A stretch of DNA of 63,644 bases, taken from positions 8,319,992 through 8,383,635 of the forward strand of contig CM119263.1 of the NCBI GenBank assembly GCA_051294375.1. Reading direction: 5' to 3'. Position 1 is the stretch's first letter; each line of letters opens with the position of its first letter. Source of the DNA: Paraspadella gotoi. Its lineage: Eukaryota > Animalia > Chaetognatha. Positions 11,423-21,809 of the stretch are shown here, in pieces. Made by a program: the position numbers and the translations under genes. The notes under the pieces were generated by a model, which worked only from the letters and a program-made list of their open reading frames with translations, had not been told where the DNA came from and made no database searches.

Positions 11423-13091
11423 AAGGCCAATATTGTTTTGCTTTATTTTTAGTTATTTGGTTAGTAATATGCCCGATGCTAGTAAACCGAAATTCTATGT
11501 TTTGTTAGTCAGTTAGTTAGTTGATATTTAGCTCCCAATGTCTCATTCCCCCCTGCCTTGTGTCAATTTATTTCTAGGATTCTTTTGTGTCATTTTTTTA
11601 GTTAGCGGGCAAGTGTTTTTAAGAGTCAAAATGAAGTCCAGTTTTTTAGCGTTTTCGTTTGTATTAATAATGGTTGTTTAACGGGTGTACTGAAACACGC
11701 CGTTCGAGTCAGGATTTACTTTTTTATTTCGCAGTCAGGTTTGGTACGCTTCGGTAACCGTAACACGGCGCTTCGCGATTGAGCGGGCTGATGAGCGGTA
11801 TCTTCGGCTGTACGCGTGACCCGATCGTACGAATCGAACTTCGAAGCCTGTTTATTGAGTCAGACAGAAGAATTTGATTATTACGGCTATTGTATTTTAC
11901 CATCTCGTACAATTTTGATCATAATTCGTGTCTTTGTACTCACTGTTTCGTCTTCAAACATCATGACTTGAAGTACAACTGCGTGTGGAAGAGAGCTAGC
12001 GCCGGTCAGTTGTCGTCTGCCGCCGTTGCTCGTCTCTCCGTTTTGTCGGCTTTTGAGGAAGACGGTTCCTGTTTTAATGGAATCGCAAAGTTTATTTTAG
12101 GTTTAGCAAGTAAGTCCTGGGCGCATTTTTTGCATACTCAGCGTTAAAATTTTTCCTTCTCTACTTTCCATCCCCCTGCGCCCGGATATATTTGATGATT
12201 ATTTCTAGACATGCTCGGGTATCCCAGTATGCCATGTTGGCATGCCTGAGATAGCGGGGGGTGTTACGAAATCATTATCAATATATATACCGTGGAAATC
12301 CAAACTTCTCTTCTTTCACCCCGATGCTCTTTTATTTCTATTTTACTAACGCAAGGAAATTCTATTTCTTCCGCGATCACAGCGACATCTTTGGTTTCTA
12401 ATTTGTATCATAGTATATATACTTAAGTACAGCTTCCGAGTGGCTACGCATGGCTGTTTCTGATTGGTTCCCGCCGTTTCTTTAGATCTCAGCCTTTGAT
12501 TTCTATCGACGTGTAACCTCTCAGATTTGTTCAGTCTTGCAATGCGTTTTCAATACTTTTTTAAAGATAAGAATCGCTTTTTAGATATCTCGGAAACTTC
12601 TTTTTTAAAGAAACCTTGTGATCGCTGGATTGGTGGATTTTCCTTGTGATAGAGGCAACCTTTTTCTACAATTTTGGCTTCAGAAAACAAGTAAGATGGA
12701 TTCTTTAAACTCTATATATATATTTGCTGAGTGTGTATTAAATGTTTTGTTATTCTTTGCCAGGACTTCTAACTCCATCTCATCGACTTTAGATAGAAGT
12801 GCTGGGCTTCGACTTTGTCGTCAGATCATCATCTTGAGCGTCTTGACCGGCGCCATCGTCTCGTCCGCGCCATCTCAACTCGAATTCCTCTCGTTTTGAT
12901 AGCGCAGGATCAGCTCAGCCAGTTAGTTGTCAACGACAGCCACCTCTACGAACTTAGTTCAATACAATGTTATCAATGACACCTTGGCGCGCGAGGTTTT
13001 CCCGACTTCTCAGATGTTTTGGTTTTCGGTCGAGTGTAACATTTACGAACTTGATTTATTTTGTATTATGTATTTTGGCTTAAGTTATCGC

Positions 13092-13265
13092 TTCACGTGC
13101 AAAGTTGTTGGATCACGTTCGACTTTTCCTATCACGTCTTGGGTCATGTGCGGCGCATTGCGTCTGGTTTGGGTCACGTGCAACATTTCGTGTCGCGTTA
13201 TGGGTATCGTGTGACGTTTTGGGTCATCTTGTGGGTCACGTGCAACTTTTCGGGTCACGTTCGGC
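13092..13265. repeat. Degenerate repeat cluster of GGGTCACGTG(CAAC) motifs
   Basis: About eight variants (tcacgtgcaa, ggatcacgtt, gggtcatgtg, gggtcacgtgcaac twice, gggtcacgtt) in ~170 bp. Confidence 0.6.
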
Positions 13266-13825
13266 GTCGCATGTTTGTTTTGAAGAGGAAATTGGAAGAT
13301 CTGCTCAAAAACCTTCGGAGAATTTGGAATGTCTGAGATGGAGATGCTCTTCTTCCTTGCTTTCTTTCTTTCTTTTACTTACTTTTTTCGGTTTATCATT
13401 TTTTCATTCCCCTTTTTCTATTCTACTATAATTGTACCCATTTCATATAATATATCATACACTGTTATATTTCTTTTTACTCTTATTTTCATTATTTTTT
13501 TTTTGTATAGATTTTTTTTTATTTAGTTAAAAGTCCATTTTTTATTCTTACCATTTTCTTTTTTTGTTTTTGTCAAAAAAATAAATTGTTTTATTTTTTT
13601 CATAATTTCCCGTTTTTCGTGTTTATCTTCTCTCCCTTTCTTTTTAATGTCGAATTGTCTGTGAGCTTTTTCTCCCATCTTTTCTGTCTTTTCTGTCTTT
13701 TCTGTCTTTTCACCCGAATCCAATTTTTCACTCAAAAAAATGATGTAGAAAATTGACGAATTTTTTTCCCCTTCGAGAAAGTCAAAAGAAATTTCCGCCT
13801 ACGCCTTAGCAGCTACTGTATCCGC
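13262..13825 (+). repeat. Segment duplicated in inverted orientation at 44563-45147
   Basis: For example gcatgtttgttttgaagagga...aatttccgcctacgccttagcagc matches the reverse complement of 44563-45147 with scattered indels. Confidence 0.85.
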
Positions 13826-14450
13826 TGCTGCGCTGAGCCATCGGCGGCGGCGGCGGCAGAGGGGGGACGCTGCAGGGACAGTTGAGCAGAGAGTCTTCTG
13901 TTAAAAAAAGTGTCGAAAGTCATGGAAAAACATGATAAACGTTAATTGACTCGAAGCGAATATCGTCTGAAAAGAGAACAAAATTTAATTTGATGAAACA
14001 CGACAAAAAAAGAGAGGAAGAATTAAATGGTCCTAAAAAAGGCGAAAGAAAAAAAAACCTTTGTTTAATGCCTACGAAGCTTTTTATTGTTTTTATTCTT
14101 TTTTCAAAACCAGTATTATTGACATACTTGACAACCTCAAGAAGTCGCTGCTCTACGCCGCGTCGTTAAACCTACTGTGCTCTTTTTAATTAAATACTAC
14201 ATCGATGTAATAAAATCGTTCGTGTTTTTTTTTTTTTTTTTTTCGGGTTTATTCTGAATTCCTGATGCGACCTTGAAACGATCAAACGCGTCCAAACGAG
14301 AAACTCCTTTTTTTTAGCAGAAATCAATTTTTTTTTTTTAATTTTTCAATCGATTCCCTTTTTTTTTCCTCGTCTTTCTCATTAGTTTTTCTCTACATAA
14401 TAATAGTTCTTCTTTTTCTCGTCATCATTTATTTAATCCGTTCTCTCATC

Positions 14451-14503
14451 TTTCCTTGTTCTCCTTCATTTCCTTGTTCTCCTTCATTTCCTTGTTCTCC
14501 TTC
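14451..14503. repeat. 18-bp tandem repeat x3
   Basis: tttccttgttctccttca repeated three times. Confidence 0.85.
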
Positions 14504-15052
14504 TCAGTAGTCAGAATCGTACGATTCCATTCGCTCTCCCTCTCCTTCCCTCATCACCCTAGTGCTATCCTCACCCCCGACCCTCAACCTCGCCCCCCCC
14601 CGCAAACTCCGACCCCCCTCCGGCGCGCCCCCTCCGCGAAATGACGTTCGTAGGGAGAATCGATTTTTTATTCTCTTTGAATTTGCGTCGAAAATTGCGT
14701 CATTCCTTTTTTTATTGATTTCTTTGCCCCGAAAAAGCGCCAATATTTTCCCATGCTCGGTTGTTAGGAGAGAGAGAGAGAGAGAGATTTGCAAGTTATA
14801 ATTTGTAAAAGTAGTTTAAGCTTTTCAGTTTAATTTTTGGGTGTCAATGGAACAAGTCAAACAACAGATCCGATACAAAGGGACCACGGTCTAAATATTT
14901 TATATAGAACAAAGGTTTCACGCGACCGTACGATTTCAACGACCGCATGCCCAATTTTTAAAGATAAACGTCATAATTACGCTTATGCTGATGCGTTTTC
15001 TCATTCGTGATATTTCCCGCAAATTTCTGTCCAGTTATCCCTAAACAATTAT

Positions 15053-15170
15053 CTTGTAAGAGTGATGGAGGCCTTAAACAACCAAAGCCTGTCCAAAGTC
15101 AGGGGCAAGATATAGCTTATTTATTAAATGAATATATAATTTTTATATTGGTTGTACCAATTTCATAAAA
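15053..15170 (+). repeat. Short interspersed repeat (copy 1)
   Basis: cttgtaagagtgatggagg...gcctgtccaaagtcaggg...tattggttgtaccaatttcat. Inverted copy at 28125-28236; fragments near 49550-49585 and 51943-51970. Confidence 0.75.
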
Positions 15171-15265
15171 CTTTGCAAAACAAATACATAAAACTTTGTT
15201 GGTTAAAGTTGATCTGATACGATGACGTTGACACGTCGACGAAGATGGCGACGACGAAGAAGAAT

Positions 15266-15305
<40 letters not shown>

Positions 15306-15661
15306 CCCTAACGTAAGCAGCTGTGAGACTCTCACTGAGAGCTCTGAAAAAAAAAAGTTTCCCCCCTTTATATGCGTACCTCGTAGCGAAGGAGCAAAGG
15401 GGGGAGAGACCGCAGGGGGAGGAGACACGGAGGGGGGGGGAGTGGCAAAGACCCTGGAAAAGTTGGGGGGGACGGGAGGGAGGGGGCGAAATAAACGAGA
15501 AGGACAACAAAGGCTGACGAATTCTGAATCTCATCGAGAATTCCATATCGTCTACAACAATTTCCATTCGCAGAATCGTCCTCGGTGTCGTCGTCGTCGT
15601 CGTCGTCGTGTCGTCGTCGTCGTCGTCGTTCGTCGTCGTCGTCGTTCTTCGTCGTCGTCGT
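15266..15661. repeat. (GAC)n and (GTC)n tracts
   Basis: gac run at 15266-15304 and gtc run at 15586-15661. Confidence 0.85.
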
Positions 15662-16203
15662 CCTAATCGCCATTACCGCCGTCACCGTCTTTGCCATAAC
15701 TGATAATGACGTCGTCACCGTCGTCGTTGTTGAAGTCGTTGTCTTCGTGATAAAATCAAACTCCTTTTATCAATTGAGAATTGGTAACTTTTTGTAATAT
15801 TCGTATATTTGATATATTTGCTTATATAAATTATATATTATATGTATATATTGCGTAACTTGAACAGCTTTACTCATTGCTGTCGTCTTCGATTTCGCCG
15901 TCGTGTCATGTCATTAAAATAGATTCCCTTTTTTGTCAACAAGATCCATGTTTTTCAAATTAAGTCGCCTTGTAACAAATTTATTATAATATCTCACGGT
16001 TATCGTTTTCGTCGTCGTCATCGACGTCAACGTCCTCACTGTCGTCGTCGTCGTCGTCATCTTCTTTCTAGTAAATTCTCTCAGAAAAGAAAAACGAAAA
16101 AAAAAAGTTTCTTTTGTTATGTTAAGTTTCGTTGGAGGGAAAATCTCATGAAGACGAATTCGAGAAGAGTGTGACCGAAAAAAACCGGGACGGCCCGCGT
16201 AGG

Positions 16204-16204
16204 A

Positions 16205-16290
<86 letters not shown>

Positions 16291-16298
16291 CGGCGGAG
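16204..16298. repeat. (GGC)n microsatellite
   Basis: About 28 perfect ggc units; source of the poly-Pro pseudo-ORF. Confidence 0.95.
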
Positions 16299-17260
16299 GC
16301 CCTGATGACTTAACTCTGTTCATTCACTCACCTGACGCCATCCAGCGCTGATGACTTTTTTCACGCTTCTCGGATCTCTTTCGTTACTCCAAGTAGGACA
16401 ACCAATCACCGCATCGTGTCCTAATGCGTCCAGCCAATCACCTGCCCTTTGCCCACCTCCTAAATCCTTCCGCACACCTTTTTTTTTCGCTTCCAACATC
16501 ACGTGAACGTCTCTCTCCAGACAGATCCCATTACTATCCGTCAAACCTAATCCCTTCGATGTCGTTATCATTACCCACATATTTTTTCGCGGACCAAAAC
16601 GCTGTCACAATTCACTGCGATTCACGACGCCCTTTTTTTTCCCNNNNNNNNNNNNNNNNNNNNNNNNNNNNNNNNNNNNNNNNNNNNNNNNNNNNNNNNN
16701 NNNNNNNNNNNNNNNNNNNNNNNNNNNNNNNNNNNNNNNNNNNNNNNNNNNNNNNNNNNNNNNNNNNNNNNNNNNNNNNNNNNNNNNNNNNNNNNNNNNN
16801 NNNNNNNNNNNNNNNNNNNNNNNNNNNNNNNNNNNNNNNNNNNNNNNNNNNNGAAGACCGTTCGCCTTACCTTTTGCTTTACCTTCGTCGGTCCTCCGCG
16901 ACCTCACCTCGATTTCTTTCACCTCACTTCGACTCTCCCTCGGAATCTGAGAATTTCCGCCATCAGGCCTCTCGTGTTCACTAACTCGGTTTTCAAGACG
17001 ACGACGACGAGGACGACAATTTTATTTTTTTCCGTCGCTACGTCTCAAACTATATAAAATTGACAAAACTAAATGAAGGGATTTTCGAGATCCATTGCGG
17101 GCATAACATTTTGAAAATGTAAGTTGACGAATGCAACGTCACGCAGTCGGTTGGCGATATTTACCTCCCAATGGACCGATCCAAAAGACAGTTGAAAGTT
17201 GAGCGGGATTTTGTATAATATTTTATTCTCTTAAGTTTTATTTCGTTTTTTGTCGCGTTT

Positions 17261-17293
<33 letters not shown>

Positions 17294-20004
17294 NNNNNNN
17301 NNNNNNNNNNNNNNNNNNNNNNNNNNNNNNNNNNNNNNNNNNNNNNNNNNNNNNNNNNNNNNNNNNNNNNNNNNNNNNNNNNNNNNNNNNNNNNNNNNNN
17401 NNNNNNNNNNNNNNNNNNNNNNNNNNNNNNNNNNNNNNNNNNNNNNNNNNNNNNNNNNNNNNNNNNNNNNNNNNNNNNNNNNNNNNNNNNNNNNNNNNNN
17501 NNNNNNNNNNTCTTTGCAGCGCCGAATCTTTCGACGGCGGCGCACGTATCGGCGGAGGTTCACGAAACGAATGGGGCCAAGATCAACGAAGATGGGACCG
17601 ACGTCGCCGCTGNNNNNNNNNNNNNNNNNNNNNNNNNNNNNNNNNNNNNNNNNNNNNNNNNNNNNNNNNNNNNNNNNNNNNNNNNNNNNNNNNNNNNNNN
17701 NNNNNNNNNNNNNNNNNNNNNNNNNNNNNNNNNNNNNNNNNNNNNNNNNNNNNNNNNNNNNNNNNNNNNNNNNNNNNNNNNNNNNNNNNNNNNNNNNNNN
17801 NNNNNNNNNNNNNNNNNNNNNNNNNNNNNNNNNNNNNNNNNGAGAGAGAGAGAGAATGAATGAATGAAACTAATTCCGGTGCCTTCCTTAGGTTGCATCA
17901 GAGTTGAAAGGAACTGAAGGCTTCGATCTCTTTTCTTTTCTTCCAATTCGCAATGTCAGAAATTCGAGGCCTCACACACAAGACATATACGGCACACACA
18001 AACATATTGTTCTTTCTTCCTTCATATTCGTTCATGAAACGACGATTGCGCCCATATCATGTTTAATATGAAAAAAAACAGGCTGGGTCGCAATGTTATC
18101 CTAAAAAAGTTCAAAATTACATCTTAATATTTCCATAAAACACGTATTGCGCGTCGTAAATTCGATTATTTTAGCTCTTTTCCAAAACACTCAAATCTCT
18201 CTTGTTCCCCATCTACACCTCTTCCCGAACAATTCCAGTCGCCTTTTCCCAAAGTCTTACCCCGATTTTCCGTTCTTTTGTAAGACCTCCCCGACATTAC
18301 CGGTTGCCCTTTTTCGGACCTACTCCCGCTCATTTTCCAGTCGCCTTACTCTACCTACTTTCTCGCATTCCAGTCGCCCCTTTCACCTCCTTTTCCTTTT
18401 CCATTTTCCTTTACCTCTCTTCCAATTACCTTTTCCTCTCTCGCCAATCTCCCCTTTTGTTTTTCTCCCTCTTACAACCCCCGCCTCCTCCTCTTTTTCC
18501 CCTCTCTCTCTTAATAGTCCCCGCTCCCACCTCAGATTCCGCACACCCCCCCCCAAAATTCCACCCACCCTTTCCTCCCCTCTCCCCCCCGATTCCTAAA
18601 CCCCGCGAATGAGGCTTCCGTTTCACGAAGAATCATGAAAATGTTTCTTTTTTCACTTTCTGCCGAGATCAAAATGGAGTTCTGAGCCTCCTTGATATTC
18701 ATCCTCCTCTTCATTTTCATCTTCCTTTTTTTTTTTGGATGGGCAAAGAAAAAACAGACGAAGAACATTTTTACGTTGCGTCGGGCAACGACTTTCGAAC
18801 AAGAATAAAGCATAAAGGCTTCTGCTGTTTTAACACGAGGAGCAGAGAGATGATGAGAGAGACTCGAGATAGAGAGAGAAGAGAAGCACGACGAGAGAGA
18901 GAAGAGAGAGACGGAGAGAGAGAGGAGATAGCAGAGAGAGAGATTATAGTGTTTTGAAAAGAGCCTAAAATAATCGGAATTACGACCGCGCAATACGCTG
19001 TTTTATATCTCTCTCTTTTTNNNNNNNNNNNNNNNNNNNNNNNNNGGGACTGGAAATGAGCGGGAGGAGATTGAGAAGGCGAATGGAAATGAGGAGTAAA
19101 CTGAAGATAAAAGTCGATTGTTAAACTGGAGAGGAGGAGGCGTTGAATTTCCAAGGAGAAAGTTGAGCGAGAAACGACGGATGAGTCTCGAGTCTCTGAT
19201 AAAATATGGAGGACGCGAATTTCCCGTCGAATGCGAAAAAATTAGATGAGATGAGAGAAGAAATCATCGATGGAACTAATTTGGAAGAAGAAGAGAAGGA
19301 AGCTTGTCAGCGGCCGATACGATCTTTGGAATGCCATCGAAAGAACTATATGCAATTGATATTAACTATTCTTTTAATAGAACCATGCTGTCAATAATTG
19401 GCATTGTCGGCACCACGCCATTAATGGCAATATCATCGACGTTGCCAACGAAAACACTCTGGCAGTATCGATTTGCCATTGATTTCATCTCGATCGATGC
19501 CTCCTTGCTCTTTTGTCAATTTCCATTCAGTCGAATGACAAAGGCGGGGACGAAGAGCGCCCCCTTTCCTAGACAGGGCCGTGACTTGGCCGACACGGTA
19601 GCCCACCCTCTGGCGACCATCCTCCCCCGCAGGAACTGACGGTTTATCGAACCGGATCGAAATCCCGGCTCCGGAAATGAGTCGGAGGATTAAATCGTCT
19701 CCGCCGCTGCCGCCGCCGTCGCTGCCACCGCCGCCGCCGCTGCACCCGCCATCGGCGCCGGCATTTTGTCCACGCCGCCGCCGCCGTTGACATCTGGCGG
19801 AAAAGAGATAAAACCGACTCGTTTGTCAGATTTTTTTTTCCCTGTTGTTGGTTTTTTATGAGCGAGTTTGTTTTTTTTTCGTTTCTTTTGTTTTTGTTTT
19901 GATTTAATTTTTTTTTAGAAAGAGCAAAGGCTTATCGAGGCAACTCGATTTAGGACTCTGTCTCACTGTCTCTCTCTCTNNNNNNNNNNNNNNNNNNNNN
20001 NNNN

Positions 20005-20084
<80 letters not shown>

Positions 20085-20209
20085 GTTTTCTTCCTTTTAC
20101 ATTCTCTTCTTTAATTTGTCAAGCAATATAATTCAAATCAATTAACTTTTCTATTTTTTTCTGTGCTGTGTGTGTTCTTCACTCTCTCCTCTTCTCTCCT
20201 CTTCTCTCT

Positions 20210-20257
<48 letters not shown>

Positions 20258-20304
20258 TGTTTTTCCTCGTCTCTCTGTTCTATTTATTCGGTTTTTTTTT
20301 CACG

Positions 20305-20524
20305 TTTTCCTTGTATTTGAGAAGAAAAATTTTTTAGTTCGCTTCGTGTTTTATCGCTGTTTTGATTCGTGTCATTCCGAAGAAGAGAGAATGAGAAAAA
20401 TAGTGGAAATGCTCTCCGTCTCTGTCTCTCTTCTCTCAATATTAGCCCCCCCCCAACATTCCTCTCTCTCCTCTCTTCTCTCCCTCTTCTTCTTCTCTCT
20501 CCTCCTCTCTCCGCTCTCCTCCTC

Positions 20525-20555
<31 letters not shown>

Positions 20556-20963
20556 TTCTCACGCTCTCTCCTCTATCACACCATTCCATCACGGGCCTCA
20601 GTGAAGAGATGGGAACCGATAAAGTTAATCTTTTTCCGACAATCTTTCGTCTTTCCACCAAAAAAAAAAATAAAACTGGAGGAAAAATGTGAATGTAAAA
20701 AACAACCGAAAGCCGGAGAACCTCGCTCTCTCTATCTTTTCTATCCTCTCCCTCATCTTCCTGCTCGTCTCATCTCTTCTCCTCCTCGCTCTATCTCTCT
20801 TCCTCTCTCGCTTCCGATTCGCTCTCCGGTCATCTCTCTCGTTCTCCTCTCTCCTCTGTTTTCCTTGTATTTGAGAAGAAAACATTTTTTAGTTCGCTTC
20901 GTGTTTTATCGCTGTTTTGATCGTGTCATTCCGGAAGAAGAGAGAATGAGAAAAATAGTGGAA
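20305..20963 (+). repeat. ~105-bp direct duplication next to a gap (20305-20409 and 20859-20963)
   Basis: ttttccttgtatttgagaagaaaa...gagaatgagaaaaatagtggaa occurs twice with small indels; the second copy ends at the N gap. Confidence 0.8.
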
Positions 20964-21767
20964 NNNNNNNNNNNNNNNNNNNNNNNNNNNNNNNNNNNNN
21001 NNNNNNNNNNNNNNNNNNNNNNNNNNNNNNNNNNNNNNNNNNNNNNNNNNNNNNNNNNNNNNNNNNNNNNNNNNNNNNNNNNNNNNNNNNNNNNNNNNNN
21101 NNNNNNNNNNNNNNNNNNNNNNNNNNNNNNNNNNNNNNNNNNNNNNNNNNNNNNNNNNNNNNNNNNNNNNNNNNNNNNNNNNNNNNNNNNNNNNNNNNNN
21201 NNNNNNNNNNNNNNNNNNNNNNNNNNNNNNNNNNNNNNNNNNNNNNNNNNNNNNNNNNNNNNNNNNNNNNNNNNNNNNNNNNNNNNNNNNNNNNNNNNNN
21301 NNNNNNNNNNNNNNNNNNNNNNNNNNNNNNNNNNNNNNNNNNNNNNNNNNNNNNNNNNNNNNTCTCTCTCTAATTCCGCTCGATATTTCTTGGAGCGCTC
21401 CGGGCAAAACATGTCGCTAAGATGAGTAATTGAATCTATGGATTTTATCAACTGGAATCGGGAGAGAAGCGGAGCAAGAAAGACGAAGAAGGGATATTTT
21501 TTTTGATGCTGTTATTGTTGTTTATCTTGATGTTGTTGGGTTTGTTTGTGATTTTCTAACTATTTTTTCTTTCACTTTCACATCCATTGACATCTCAATT
21601 CTTTTTGCTTCGTTTTCACTAGCCTCACCAATCTCGACCAGTTTTATCTCCCTCAGTTTCCAACGCAATCTTTCCCCCTTCCATCTACATCTTGACTCCT
21701 TTTCTTTTCCAGTCTCTCTCTCTCTCTCTCTCTCTCCTCTCTCTTCTCTTCTCTCTCTCTCTCTGCT

Positions 21768-21809
<42 letters not shown>

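Larger units (their letters stand above)
8619..12272 (+). mobile_element. 3.65-kb unit bounded by imperfect ~21-bp inverted repeats and a short direct repeat (CAT/ATCAT)
   Basis: Left end atttcgttacgcccccgcaat (8619); right end atagcggggggtgttacgaaat (12251-12272; reverse complement atttcgtaacaccccccgctat). atcat occurs at 8614-8618 and 12271-12275. Confidence 0.5.
4342..13260 (+). mobile_element. Unclassified inserted island (probable multi-copy element or nested elements)
   Basis: ~9 kb without the (GA)n/(GAC)n tracts that recur every 1-2 kb elsewhere. T-rich + strand alternates with GC-richer exon-like blocks bounded by GT(A/G)AG and polyY-AG signals. Outer ends are undefined; the left side abuts a 25-N gap. 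Confidence 0.45.

Noticed and set aside
11788-11850. Hammerhead ribozyme (ctgatgag core); similar cores near 16303, 16348 and 38746
   Set aside because: No stem II closed by GAAA and no matching cleavage-site helix found by eye.
12262-12700. 3' LTR starting at tgttacg after a G-run polypurine tract
   Set aside because: No second copy in the window, and the same bases are better explained as the inverted partner of 8619-8639.
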